From positions 59,644,001 through 59,708,000 of the forward strand of contig NC_043000.1 of NCBI RefSeq assembly GCF_006345805.1: DNA of 64,000 nt, written 5' to 3'. Both the position numbers and the translations under genes were made by a program. Positions 26,053 through 39,954 of the stretch are shown in pieces (the stretch's first letter is position 1; each line of letters opens with the position of its first letter). The DNA is from Octopus sinensis (lineage: Eukaryota). The notes under the pieces were generated by a model. The model ran no database searches. It worked only from the letters and a program-made list of their open reading frames with translations, and was not told the origin of the DNA.

Positions 26053-26147
26053 TAGCACCCTTTTGTTTTCTTCTTTCTTTCACTTCTTATTTTTATATAT
26101 TCCTTTTATATATTCCTTAGATAAAAATGACAGCCAAATTATCATTC

Positions 26148-26184
<37 letters not shown>

Positions 26185-26295
26185 TGTGTGTGTGATTTTG
26201 TAAGTGCATGCATGTGTGTGTATATATGCTCAAATGTATCTTTGTATGTATTTATGCATGTATGCACATACATACATGTGTATATATATATGAAT

Positions 26296-26678
26296 GGAGG
26301 CGCAATGGCCCAGTGGTTAGGGCAGCGGACTCGCGGTCATAGGATCGCGGTTTCGATTCCCAGACCGGGTGTTGTGAGTGTTTATTGAGCGAAAACACCT
26401 AAAGCTCCACGAGGCTCCGGCAGGGGATGGTGGTGATCCTTGCTGTACTCTTTCACCACAACTTTCTCTCACTCTTACTTCCTGTTTCTGTTGTACCTGT
26501 ATTTCAAAGGGCCGGCCTTGTCACTCTCTGTGTCACGCTGAATATCCCCGAGAACTACGTTAAGGGTACACGTGTCTGTGGAGTGCTCAGCCACTTGCAC
26601 GTTAATTTCACGAGCAGGCTGTTCCGTTGATTTGGATCAACCGGAACCCTCATCGTCATAACCGACGGAGTGCTTCCA
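26296..26678 (+). mobile_element. Young tRNA(Arg-like)-derived SINE in a TA microsatellite
   Basis: A box tggcccagtgg, B box gtttcgattcc, ~310-nt body; CpGs intact; 3' half shared with 40181-40490. Confidence 0.85.
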
Positions 26679-28070
26679 TCCATATATATATGCACACACA
26701 AACAATTTGCTTGATCATTTCACTTAACATCTATTTCTCCATGCTAGCCTAGCTAATAGATATTAAATGAGTGAACAAATGAGTATAAGCAATTCTAATT
26801 TAAAGATCATTTGCTAATCACCTACTGAAAATCATTTGTTAATAACTGCTGGAAAAGACAATCAATTTATGACTATCTTACAATTTTTTTTTATTCTGTA
26901 TTGGCACAAATGAAAGTATAATATTTCAATCTATAAATATATTAAACCAAAACTAAAAAAATAGGAACAGTGTATATGATTTAAGTTTGGGTGAAGGTGG
27001 TAAGATAAATTCTTTACATTATTGTTAAGAACTAATTACTATCTGCATAAAAAAAAAAAAAATCTACCAAATATAAGGTATGAAACACACAAATGAATAA
27101 ATAAAAAAAAAACTGATCAGTAACAATAATTTGTAGCAGACATTTAAAGCTCTATAATTGATATTGGGTGGTGGAAATGATTGACACTTTCCACTTACAC
27201 TGTCTTCTTCATATTTTTGTTATAACACAGACTAACAACTGCTGTCAAAGTAATGTTTGGGGTTGGAATTAAAATATGTTAGCATGAAAATTTTGACAGA
27301 AGTTAATTCCCATAGTCCTACCTTCAATGAAGGAAATGCTAATTAATTTCATTGAAAAGTTGTGCATTCAGATTTGAATAAACTTATGTAATAAAGTTTC
27401 AAAATAAATCTGACTTTGTAGTATTAAAACATATAAAAAAAAAATAACTTACCACTAAAGAAATTACATCTTCTAACAGTTTTACTAAAAACTTAAGAGC
27501 AAAATAAACATATGCGATTATATGAAACGAAAAAAAATATAAACTAGCATAAACAGCATTTATGACATCACAGAAATATTCATCATGTTCTGATAATACA
27601 AAACATTTCTAGAAAATAATAATAATAACAATAATAATAATTTTAAACCTGTCATGTTTATCACAAGACATTCAGTGAATGAAAAAGAATATAGCAACTG
27701 GTTCAAAGAAGAAAAAAATTTTATACAAATATTAAAATACCATAAATTATACCAAATATATGATATAAAATTTAGAAGCTATTCTGAGACTGAATTGCTA
27801 ATCCAAGATAGTATAGATATTATATAGCTAATTCTAATTTCCACAGTCTTTTATCAAATCTATTTTGTGTAACTGCCAGTTAATATTTTATCTGTATTTG
27901 ATCAGACTGTTCATAAGTAGTAAACATATTCAAGCTAACTAGGATTTTAACAACTAGTTTTAACTTCTGATATACAAATAAATTAGAGTAGTAGTGTTTG
28001 TTTCTTTTTTCCAGTCTGGATATTGCAGAAGAATGAAATATGTTTAAGAATGATGCAAGCTGGTTATATT

Positions 28071-28215
28071 GAGTGGCCTAGTGGTTAGGGTGTTGCTCTC
28101 ACAGGTTAGAGTGTTGCTCTTGGTTCACGTAGAGCAGGTAGTGTGTTATAATTTGAGCAAGGCACTTAATTTCACGTTGCTCTAGTCTACACAGCTAAAT
28201 ATGAATACAAGCTGA
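28071..28215 (+). mobile_element. Decayed tRNA/CORE-like SINE
   Basis: gtggcctagtggttagggtg...ttgagcaaggcacttaatttcac. Confidence 0.55.
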
Positions 28216-29008
28216 GTGTTAGTGCAACCTTCTCACCAGCTGAAACACCCTAGTTATACTACTGGGTCAAGGGTGAAAGACTGAATGGGCATCTACACCA
28301 GTTCATAACTACATAGGTGCCTAAAGCAATTAGTAAAAGTATGATCCACACTACTAAGTCATACTCAGTGGCAAATGACAGCTATGGTTTGGTTTTAATA
28401 GGTTATAAAAATTGATCAGCTAAATTTAGTAAACTTCTAAAGAAACTACTTCAATGTGTCATTATCATCAAAATGGTTGAAAGCCAGTGAAGTGCAAAAA
28501 TCTGTAAGTATTTTAAGACTTTGAACTTAACATTCTCTCTATGGGTAACTTAGAATATGTAATGTGATAGTTAAATGTAAACAGGAAAGCTGTATGATAG
28601 TTAAATGTAACGTAGTTATGAAAAGATAAATCCTCAAATGTCTAAAACAAGGTGTCATAAAATAAAAATGGTTTGCTAAACAGATATAAAGCTGACTGAT
28701 AAACCGAGTTCAATTTATGAATATAAGATTAAATTAAAATAACCAAAAATAATACTAATATCTACAGACATATTTGAAACTAGAAACAAAATGGGTTTAG
28801 ATTTTAATAAACAAATATTATTGTGATTTTAAGGGATAACCTATTTACATAATAAATATGAAAGTAGTTTAAAAGCAAAGTATAGAGAATGTATAATGAT
28901 AATTCATATGTGAAATAATGTGATATGAACTGTAATATGTCAACTTTCTCATCACAGGGGCTCTTAAAGTATTAAACGCTGTGATTTTGAAGGAGAGGTT
29001 CCTATTAA

Positions 29009-29230
29009 CCCTTTAGCATTTAAACTGATCAGATCAGGCTCAAAGATCCTCCCTATTTTATCTACAAACTGGCCAGATCTGGCCTCTAACACCTAACCTA
29101 CAATGCCATTCTAAAAATAAACAATCACATCTTTGAAATCTCAAAGCTTTGAGATAATACATCATTAATTCAAAACAATGTGAATAAAAAAAAGCGTTAC
29201 ACAAGACAATGTAATCTGAATGCTAAAGGA
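29009..29230. mobile_element. piggyBac-type MITE
   Basis: TTAA at 29005-08 and 29231-34; TIRs ccctttagcatt / aatgctaaagga. Confidence 0.85.
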
Positions 29231-30095
29231 TTAAGAAAGACACACTCCTTGAAAACCACACTTGAGAAATTTAGATGATTTGGTTGCTATCTATAGCAGA
29301 TGAAATTATTACAGAGATGCTGCATTATTGGATCAAATAAATATATTTTATATATTTCATTTCTGCTGTTTATTTATGTTAGGGAATCATCGCTGTTGTT
29401 GACCTTTTCTAAGTATCAGTTTGGTTGTACAAGAAAATAATTCTGCTATTATTTACTTTAAAGAAATGAATTTCCAGATGGGTGGGAGGTGAGGGAAGGA
29501 AACATAAAAATCTAAAGATATTCTCCTGCTGACTGTAATGTTTGAATAAGGTCAGAATAATATACAGCTTTCATATTGAAATTAAGTGACTCAGAAACAA
29601 AGTTAGACTATGAAGAAATCCTGCAACATATTTTGTAATTTCTGTTGTAGTTGTTGTAGCTGTTTAGTTCCAGGTTGACTCTGATCAAAAAGACCGATGA
29701 TTAAAAGCAATCACATCATGACATTTCTTTTATAGGAATAGTGTACTTCAGACTACATTATTTGATGTATGCATTTTAAAGATAACAGCTTGTAGTTGGA
29801 GGGATATTTGGTTACTGTTTCTAGCAGATTGAGCAACCATGTAAACTGTCCATTGGCTTGAAATAATTTCGTGTACAATGATGGTGTGTATATTAAGGAT
29901 TTATCAAAATATACCATGCTGTTTAGGAAATAAAAAAAATAACCACAACAAAATACAAGTTAGAGTTAGAATTTCAGCAAACCCTGATAAAATTTTAGGA
30001 TATTTTCAGTAAGTGGGGAGTAGAGAGGGTAAAAGAAGGTAAGAACAAAGGAAGACGGGTAAGAAAATATAGCAAAGATAAGATGTGTTTGTGTA

Positions 30096-30305
30096 TCTCT
30101 CTCTCTTTCGGAGAGGCACTGAGCAGCTATACGCACACATACACACACGGCAGTAACTTCCACCTACCGAATTCAATCACAAAGCTCCGGTCGGCTCGGG
30201 GCTATAGTGGAAGACACCTACCCAAAGTGCCACGCAGTGGGACTGAACCCGAAACCATGTAGCTAGGAAGCAAGCTCGCTAACCACACAGCCATGCCCGC
30301 GCCTA
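30096..30305 (-). mobile_element. SINE B', young
   Basis: Near-identical to 17730-17935. Confidence 0.85.
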
Positions 30306-30315
30306 CATATATATA

Positions 30316-30350
<35 letters not shown>

Positions 30351-30382
30351 ATGCACAAAGATAAGGTGTATATATATATATA

Positions 30383-30417
<35 letters not shown>

Positions 30418-30419
<2 letters not shown>

Positions 30420-30950
30420 CATCATCATCATCGTTTAACATCCGTTTTCCATGCTGAAATGGGTTTGATGGTTTGACTGGGGACTGGCAAACCAGGAGGC
30501 TGCACCATGCTCCAATCTGATCTGAGAAGGTCTCTACAGCTGGATGTCCTTCATAATGCCAACCACTCCAAGAATGTAGTGGGTGCTTTTTCATGCCACC
30601 AGCATGAGGGCCAGTCAGGCGGTACTGGCATCGGCCACGTTTGAATGGTGCTTTTTATGTGCCACTGGCACAGGAGCCAGTCGGGGCAGGGGCTGGCATC
30701 GACCATGTTTGGATGGTGCTTTTTATGTGCCACCGGTATGGGGAGCCACTCACGTAGCACTGGTGGCGACCCACACATGAATGGTTCTTATTGTGTGTCA
30801 CCAGCATGGGATTCAGTCAAGCACTGGCATCGGCCACAACTACAATTTCCATTTTGATTCTGATTTGATTGAGATTCTGATTCTGATTTTCATTTTAATT
30901 ATACTTGACTCAATAGGCCTCCTCAAGCACGGTGTGTCATCCGATGATTC
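30418..30950 (-). mobile_element. RTE 3' UTR with several internal modules
   Basis: (cat)n tail and repeated ggtgctttttatgtgccac modules. Confidence 0.8.
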
Positions 30951-31049
30951 AAAGATACTTTTTAAATGGGTTGATTATGACACTGGTAAAGGTTATGGCT
31001 GTGATCTCGCTTTACTTACCAGGTCTTCTCAATCACAGCATATATATAA

Positions 31050-31402
31050 GGTGCAAGAGTGGCTGTATGGTAAGAAGTTCTGGGCCCAGTCCCACTGCAT
31101 GGCACCTTGGGCAAGTGTCTTCTACTATAGCGTCGGGCCGACCAAAGCCTTGTGAGTGGATTTGATAGACAGAAACGGAAGTAAGTCCATCATATATATG
31201 TGTGTGTGTTTGTCCACCCCCACCATCACTTGACAACTGATGTTGGTGTGTTTACATTCCCATAACTTAGCAGCTCAGCAATAGAGGCCGATAGACTAAG
31301 TACTAGGCTTACAAAGAATAAGTCCAAGGATTGATATGTTTGACTAAAGGTGGTACTCCAGCATGGCCACAGTCAAATGACTGAAACAAGTAAAAGAATA
31401 TA
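31050..31402 (+). mobile_element. Full SINE B with a short internal microsatellite
   Basis: Head, CORE-like segment, (ta)(tg) linker, and 3' body ending gactgaaacaagtaaaaga. Confidence 0.85.
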
Positions 31403-31592
31403 TACATCTGATTAAAAATGTTATTGATTTGTATGCATCGCTGTGCATATCTGAAAGAACTAAATAGAATGCACAATTCAGAATAATAGTAAAAAGGAGT
31501 TCAATTCAATTGGCAGAAATTTTTTTTTTGTTTTTTTTTTCAATATATATATATATATATATATCATCATGATACATATATATATTTGTATG

Positions 31593-31632
<40 letters not shown>

Positions 31633-32819
31633 AGACAGGTAGGGATTTATAAAGGGAAAATAACACTATTGTAATGAAATGTAGTGTGCATTCACAGTCT
31701 TGTTCTGCTGATGTAAATAATAAACCAACAATAAAGAGAATCTTGACAACTTGGAAATATCCCCCAACCCTTCACTATTCTTCTTGAAAGTAATCAAAAT
31801 TGTGAGGCATAAAAAATATCAGGAGTATCTATTGTGTTGCCATGGGGAGGTGAATATCACCCATGTGACTTACTCACAAACCAAAATAAATAGGCTAAAA
31901 AGTATTCCATGAAGTTAATAATTCTTTCTTGATGATGAAACTGATTTCAGTTATAAAAAATAAATAATCAAGTCAAATAAATATTTATACATGAAAAATA
32001 AATGCTCAGCATTTATTTTTTGATGTTATATGAGATTGAGGCAATAAAAGAAAATTAATTACAACTAGATTATTATTTTTTTTTTTCGATCTCCAAGTTC
32101 CCAAATGAGTTGCTTTCCCACAGCACTAACCAGAGCTATCATTATTATGCTTAATTTTTTTTTTCATACATCTAAAGATAATCTCCATCTTACAAAGCAA
32201 ACTACCACCACCACCATCATCCTGGTGGTTATAGCTGGAATTCCAGACAATAACAATGGCATATACATTAACTAGGACAAGTTGATGTGGTTGCAACCCA
32301 GTACCTGGAAAGCAATGTCCATTTGGGCATGGAAGTGCCATCAGTTGAACTGTTTGAGAAGCTCACAAAACAATGAAACTGTTCTACATGCACTTAGTTA
32401 ATGTGTTAGCATTGCTGGCTCATGAAGTTTTGTTGAACAGCTGTTTTGTGTGTAGGAGATATCCAGCAAGTGGTCCAGTCCATCTTGAAGATCGTCTCAG
32501 TCTTTCTTTATGTAGGAAGCACAGGCAGTTTTCCTTCATCTGGTGACTATTGTAAAGGAGGTTGTATCCTGGTTATGACTGAAAGGAATGAGGACAGATA
32601 CTTGCCCTCTTCTTCATAAACTTTCCACATTTCACTAAGGAAAGATAAGAGAGGTAAGCATGGTTCACAAAAACAGTTTTAATCTCACATTGCACTTGTA
32701 GACTGGGGAATGACAGCTGGAAGGACACATAAGCCTGGTAGTAAGGATAATCCTGGATCAGTGAGGTTCTTTGATTAATCCTAGGTATCAATCCTTCTCT
32801 CTGGGAATACTATCGTACA

Positions 32820-33290
32820 TGCAGAAAAAAACTTTAATGAACATGTTGGATAACACTTTGAAGGCTACACCACTGTTCATTGAGGCTATGAATGTAGCAA
32901 AAGCATAAGAAGGTGGTCAAAATTCTTGGCATTATGTGATACAAATGATCTAACCATTTGCAACAGTAGCTTCAACAGAATGATCATCTATCAGTCCAGT
33001 CAGGTGAACACATAATTCAGATATACTTGATGCTCACTAAGAAACAGAAGAGACTTAGTTGTAAATATTAAATCTTTCCCCAGTGAAGATTGTGCCAAGA
33101 GATCCTGAAGAAAGAGAAAACTGATGAAGAAAAGAAGAAGTGATCAAGGTTGATTTCAAGACACCGAACCTCATAAAGGATTTTGTAATGGACTGCAACA
33201 AGTGGCAAACTGCTGTGCTGAAGAAGTCCCATCCAACCCAAGCCATCATGGAAAAATGGGCATAAAATGATAATGATGGTGATATCAATG
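32820..33290 (+). mobile_element. RTE with a large internal deletion: APE endonuclease C-terminus fused to the ORF2 end and tail
   Basis: NFNEHVG, LCDTNDLTICNSSF, IKSFPSEDC, then EVIKVDFKT...MDCNKWQTAVLKKSHPT and the ccaaccc..catgg..(gat) tail. Confidence 0.65.
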
Positions 33291-33344
33291 AGAATATGAT
33301 GGCTTCTCACGTCAAAGACAATGTATGAGTGTTCAGCCTTGGCC

Positions 33345-33515
33345 AAACAACCTGCACAAATGCCTGAGCAGGTGCATGGTGTACCACATGTCAGGTGTCA
33401 AAGTGATCACAGAGCAATGTAAGATGAAGTGTTTTGCTCAAGAACACAATGCACCACCAGGTCTAGGAATTGAAACCACAATCTCATGATTGTGAGTGCA
33501 ACGCCTTAACCACCA
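33345..33515 (-). mobile_element. Decayed tRNA/CORE-like SINE
   Basis: Reverse complement: gtggttaaggcgttgc...gtttcaattcc...tgtgttcttgagcaaaacactt. Confidence 0.7.
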
Positions 33516-34266
33516 CAAATGAGGATATAGGAAATAAGCATAATCTGCTTAAACGGTATATAATATATTGACAGAATAAGAATTTATTTATACAGTCAAA
33601 CCATTAAGAACTACTACTAGCCAATTATTTGGTTATCTATTAGATATAGTAGCACAATTACCCTTCAATAACACTCTACCTTCTATAGAAACAGATAAGT
33701 CATTAGAAAAATGTAATCATAGACAATATTGTGCATGAAACAAAAGACCAGCTGGTCAAGGCTGGAAAGCCTTTGAACATGAGCCTGATTAGTCTGGACT
33801 GGCCTGAGGCAAAACAACAACAATTATCATTGCTACACACAGACAGAACAATTATTTTACAAGTACAAATACATCTCCGAGAGCTAATAACTCGGAAAAT
33901 ACTAAAATGATTTTTACTTGAGAAAACAATATAACAATATCTATTGTTAGATGTGACACATTTTAAATGATCAATTAAGAAAAAAATAAAATCTATTGCC
34001 AGGCTTTCAATATTTACTTAAATTGTATCAACCAATTTTTATCAGTATGGCACTAGAGTTAATTTGCAACTGTGTTCTTTCACTATGAAAATATAATTCA
34101 GTATGTATAAGCAAGCAAACAGGCTTAAATGCCTAGTTCAGTATATTATTGTCATGTGCACAAACTTGCCTTTGTTTCAATAAATATTATACAATGGAAA
34201 ATGGAACTACGATAATAATGTGAAATTTACATTTTTGAAACATAAAGAAAATAAACACTTATGTTT

Positions 34267-34269
<3 letters not shown>

Positions 34270-34326
<57 letters not shown>

Positions 34327-34330
34327 AGGG
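34270..34330. repeat. (GA)n microsatellite
   Basis: Direct reading. Confidence 0.95.
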
Positions 34331-34996
34331 GAAAGAAGGAGACAGGAGAGAGTTGCAACAAATTCAAATCCGTAAAATGATGCAGAACAATACACACTAG
34401 ACAATTGTTGTATAGTACTATACTTGGTACATTCATGCAGTATTTGGCTGATTAAAAGACAAGACAAAACAAAAAAGAATAATAGTACAAAACCAAGCAA
34501 TGTTTTTTTTTTGTTTTTTTTTTGTTGTTTTTTTTAATTTTGTAGTTAACAACATAGGATCAGCAGTATCTCACAATGGAATTGCCTCAGTAAACAAAAC
34601 ACATTAGGTATAAACAGAACACTTAAAAAAAGAAGGAAAAAGATTCAAAAGATAATCAATATGTGATTTGATCAAGGATGCAGAGAAAACTATTTAAATT
34701 CAATGAAAAAAACCGTATCCCTATAATGAACACCTTTATTCAACAATTTAGAGTTTAAATAGTTTAAAATCATTAATTTTATTTGTGCCTTTTCTACTTA
34801 GCTAAATATTACTTATCTCAAAGGTATGAAACTATAGAAAGACAATATACTGTCTGTCAAGCTCTAAATCTCATTTACGGTTATTAAATATGTTTGTCTA
34901 TTAACTTCCAAGTATGATATATGGTCAATTGATAAAGAAATATTTAATAAATGTTCTCTGAAGATAAACATTTCTAATGTAGTTTAAAAGTATAAA

Positions 34997-35214
34997 CCCT
35001 TAATATTCAAAGTGGCCATATCCAGCACAAATATTTGACTTGTTTTATGTTGAAACTGACCAGATCCAGTCTCTCACACCTACCCTACAATGTCATTCTA
35101 GAAATAAATAATCACATCTTCAAAACCTTGAAGCTACAAGATACTACATAATTAATTTTTAAAAACATGGATAAATAAGCTTACATTTGATAAATTAATC
35201 TGAATGCTAAAGGA
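34997..35214. mobile_element. piggyBac-type MITE
   Basis: Homologous to 29009; ends aatgctaaagga-ttaa. Confidence 0.8.
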
Positions 35215-37314
35215 TTAAACAGAGACAAAAAAAAAATTGTCTATTGACAATTATCAATCAATCATGAAAAGTCTACAATCCAGTTTGTCTCACATAAAGC
35301 TTTAGAAAACAACACAGTTGACTCTGACTAAAACATGGTCCAATATTAATATTAGATTATACCCAAAACTTGACTACTTACATGTGTGTGTGTGTGGGAG
35401 GTTCATACAGCATCTACAATTGAATAAATAAGGTACCCCACCCATGTTTTGCCATCTGAGATCAGTTAACGATAATTTAGACTCAGTCACTGAGCCTCTT
35501 CTTTGAGTATGGAAAAAGTACTCTTTAGATATTTATTTCTATAACTCAATAATAATGTGTATACAGGTCTTGAGAAAGTATTACTTCATAACATGAAAAA
35601 ATATAAATAAATAATAAATTAATTAAAAACTATCTTAGCTAGTATGAATACTGTATTCCATTGAAAATATGAGTTGGATGAAAAAATTCATTTAAAGCGA
35701 TAATCTAATGCATGGATTACACAAAAAATTAGTGCATACACAGAAATTTAAAAGACTTCATGAAAACAATGAAATATATTTATATATTTTACTCTCCGTC
35801 CATTGCTAGATAAATGTAATAACAAACAAAGCACATTCTATAGGCTTCGTGCTTTCTTAAAATCTACACTTCATGTGTGATAAATTAGTTTTGGAAACAA
35901 TACATTATTCAAGAAAGTAATCTATTTAAGCAAAATATATATTATATACAAAAAAAAAGTCAACAATAACAACAAAAGAAGTATTATGAGTTTAAGCAGA
36001 TTGGACAAGTTTGCTTGAATGAACAAGTGCTGTATGAGAATAGATACTTTCGCTATCTTAAACAATTTTGTGTGTATGTCAAATGATGAAAATATAATTT
36101 AATCAAGACAAAGTGTGAACCAATGTTTGTCAATTCTCAATGCTAATTATAATACTTTGATAATGAAAATATATTCATGGATTATTTGTTTAACTATGAT
36201 ATTACAATGGTATTTTTTTAAAATTATATTTTCTGATAGTAAATTTTCATGTTATTTATGATGGGCTCCTTCAAAATATATACTACTGATCCTCCATTAG
36301 CTTAATCTGATTTTATTTTTCCCTGAACCATTGTATGCCAGCTTAATTTTTCTCAATATATTCAATATATTCATCTGATTTGATTTTCAAATTTGTTTAT
36401 CCAACAGAAATATAGGTAGTTACATAACCTGAAGAAACTCTTCAATAATTTACATCTCCAATATATTGTCTACCCGAAACACCTCAATATATTTATTTTG
36501 TTATCCTCCATTGCTTTAGCAAGCTACAAAGGTTTTGGACAATCTAACACAAATCCCCTAGCTGTTTTCTCTTTCTCTTTTGTTTTTATTTAACTATATT
36601 TAATATTATTGGAAAAGCTCACTGACTGAGCAGTACCTGGAACTAAGCAATTGATCATAACCCTTGAAACCATTTCCTGGCATAGTAATTTCCTTCACAT
36701 TAAATTATTTACATACAGAAAGCTGCTACGATATTCATTCATTCTACAACAGGATCAGGAAGATCTAATGGCTTTAGAAGTACTCTTTCCTATAGCATAT
36801 ACCAATAATGTATTGTTCCAAAAACTATTACTCCCTAATAAACCAAAGAGAAAATTGATTTTAACCCAATTAACCTTTCCTCTCTTTTTTTCTCTCTCAT
36901 ATCACTACAATTCTCTATAATTTTGGCCAAATATTTTCTTATAGTCAATAACAGATATCTTAGCAAGAATTTTCCCAAATTTTTGTAACTGAAAAAAGGA
37001 GGAAATATATTTGAATTTGTGTCAGTAATTTTCTGAAAAAAGAAATGATTTGAAGGTTTAAGATTTGAATTTCTCAATAAATTTTTTTTTCCTAGTCTGA
37101 TGACATTGTTATTTTTGCTTCAAAGATAGAGTGAAAATCATAAACAATTTCTTCAAATATTGATACATTTTCAGACAAAATGTCCCTTGTTCCCTACTGC
37201 TCAAGAACCATCCTTGAAGAGCAGCATGGTGTTAGAAACAAATATATTGAAATGAATTATTTGAGCAGAGTACTGTGCTCAATATTTATTTATTCATTTA
37301 GTTTATTAACTTAC

Positions 37315-38850
37315 CTTCAATGACTCATTGCTGGACTGAAGGCTAGAATCATGTTGTATACCACTGTCACTACTGTTACTGGACACCATCTCGCCACGGG
37401 CAACAGCAGCAAGTTTATCCATTTCCTGAGCTGACATTGGTGTGGGGTGCTGAAAGGATGAGCCAGATCCAGAATGCAAGTCAGATGCAGCAAAGTAAGC
37501 ATTTGAATTGCTGGAAGATCCACTATATGCACCAGTGGCTTCTGACTCACTGACCCCTTTACCAACAAAACTATTACGAGCCTGGTGTTGTTTGCATGAT
37601 TTCCGAAATGAGAGCAACTTACTGTTGTAGTTCTTGTCATAGGCTAGACTCAAAGTATTATCATCCTCAAATACTTCATCTTTTGGTATGTCAGAGCCAA
37701 CAAGAGTACAACTAAAACTAGCTGGAGAAGTGGGTGGTGTAGAACCTGCTGAGGAAATCATGCTTAAAGATGAGAAGTTACTCCGGTGGCTGCCTTCATC
37801 ACTCATTGGTGTTAAAGGCAAACCTGATGGATCACTTCCTTTCTCAAATGATTCCTTAGACATTCTGTCATCACTGCCATCCTCCAATCTACCAGCATTG
37901 GAGCCAAGTAAATCCTTAATGGAAGCATCAAATTCTTTACTCTTCTGAGAAGAATTGCTGCCACTTCTACTTCGACGGAAAATTGACTTCATGGACATTT
38001 TCCGAGCCAGAGATTCTTTTGGAGCAATTAAAACTTCATCAGGCCTTAGAGGCTTAACTTTTTCACTGAAAGATCTCCCACGACGAAACATTCTTCGTAG
38101 TATTCCTGGACTTTTGGGAGGTAAGTAATTTATTTCATCACCATGTTGGATAATAATACCAGTTTCACTATCATATAAACAAGGCTTATTAAAGTGGTCA
38201 GACAGAGAAGGAGAAACCTTCCCGTTAGATTTGCTTGTTGTTACTTCAGAGGCATTGTATCCTTTTAGTCGTAAATCCAAAAACTGAGCCCGAAGTTGTA
38301 CCTCATCTAGAGATGCAGGCCGATCTGTTGGTCTTTTTAATAAAGTTTTAGAATAGTCACTACCAGCTATTTCCTCTGTAGCTGGAGTGAAACTGACTGT
38401 GTGGTGTGAAGGAGATAAGTCATCAAGCACTCTAGAGTAACCATGACCCTCGGCACTGGTTGAAAGGTGTTTCTCTTTAGTGTAGTCGGAGCTTAAACTT
38501 CGCTGGGTGGAAAAACGTCTTACCGTATTGTGTTTACGTAGGCTTCTGCCAATCTTGCTGGGTAATTCAGGGGGGGATCCAAAACCTGCTGTTGTCACTG
38601 GATACTCCAAATCAACCTTTGAACAGTGAAGTATTGACCTGCCGTCTTCACCATCATGGTTGGCAAAAGGCAGGCTAAGGCTGCGTCTGTAAGGTTTTCG
38701 CATAGAAGGACTGCTTCCCGGAGACCAGTAAGTTTCACTTCGACTTAATGAATTATCATTATGCTGTATATTTTCACTGCGTTCTGTTTGGGATAGAATA
38801 TGATTGTTCTCACCACAAGTCTCATCCAATTCAGAGATTTCTGCCAGTAA
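37315..38850 (-). CDS. Large internal coding exon (512 codons, phase 0-0) of an unidentified Ser/Arg-rich, probably disordered signalling or scaffold protein
   Basis: Lies in the 527-aa ORF 37306..38889, the only long non-TE ORF. Acceptor tttcttgcag|TTA at 38851/38850 and donor AAG|gtaagt at 37315/37314. GC is higher than in the flanks. Contains many RxxS motifs (RRSLSLP, RGRSFSE, RKMSMK, RSRSGS) and ends SSDSGIQHDSSLQSSNESLK. Confidence 0.85.
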
Positions 38851-38942
38851 CTGCAAGAAAAATAAAAATAAAAACAATATTAACAACAATGAATATATAT
38901 AAATAAATAAATGAATGAATGAATATATATATTAAATGATGA

Positions 38943-38979
<37 letters not shown>

Positions 38980-39954
38980 CATTTCTTTAAGAATAAATAT
39001 ACAGAGAAAACTTATTTTCAGAAAATAAAATCAATTTACATTTAAAAAAAAATGTTTTAAAAGACATTTTCACACACATAAATACATACATACAGCCACG
39101 CAGTCATACAAATCAAATATAAGGAGAACAGTCTGAATGAATAGTGAAAAAGAAATACATCTCAGTTGGAATCAAACATCATCTGGGCATGTGCTCTAAG
39201 TAATTATCTGGAGAGTGTTGTTTGGTATCAGAGTACATTTCCCTTTTTCTACTTATTGTGACCCTTAAGTTTGTTTATATTTGATTTGTACAACTGTGTC
39301 AGCCTCTGTATGAGGCTTAAGTATCTGTGAGCTTGTGTGTGCACATCTGGTGAAAAGTTTTGTCTGCCCATTCATTTTAGAGCCCCAATTAATTTTTTTT
39401 TAAATTCATAAACTCAGTCATTTTTTTAACATGTGCATATAGAGTTAAAAAGTGAAAGTATTAATCTTAAATAGTGAATAATGTAAATATATTTAATGCC
39501 TAAACACATGAAAATTTGGAAGAAAGTTTAAGAAATTTTCAAAATAAATCTTAGAATTTTGTTTTCCGAATGAAAGGAAATCTATTAGGAAAAGATAAAT
39601 TTGAAGAATAGGGAATCTTAAATAGTAAACTATGGGAAAGAGAAAACATAGCAGAGTGAGAGAAACCTAGCCAAGAATGATGAAAGAGGATTATGAAGAA
39701 AATTGGATGGACATGTAAGAAGTGGTTTAAGACAGAAGTATGTAATGTGAGTTCACAAGAACACTGTGCATCCAAAAGGTGCTGCAGGATTAATTAATAA
39801 TGATATAGTATGGCTACATCTTTGCAAAATCTCAAAAATCTAAATCATGTGTTTCATGTTTAGCAAGTTCACAACAATGAGATATGTTTTTGAATAATGT
39901 AGAACAAATAACTACAATTATAAAGGAATGATTCACACAATCAGAAATTAAACA

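Noticed and set aside
26296-26370. Apparent tRNA gene
   Set aside because: Acceptor and anticodon stems do not pair well, and it runs into a 300-nt body shared with 40181; it is a SINE head.
32330-32820. GC-raised block suspected to be coding
   Set aside because: All six frames are interrupted and no motif was recognised; probably an old TE remnant.
36715-36800. Possible short minus-strand exon ERVLLKPLDLPDPVVE*
   Set aside because: It stops after 16 codons with weak splice signals and cannot be told from chance.
37688-37948. Plus-strand ORF and the alternative-frame ORF 37317..37640
   Set aside because: They are shadows of the main exon.
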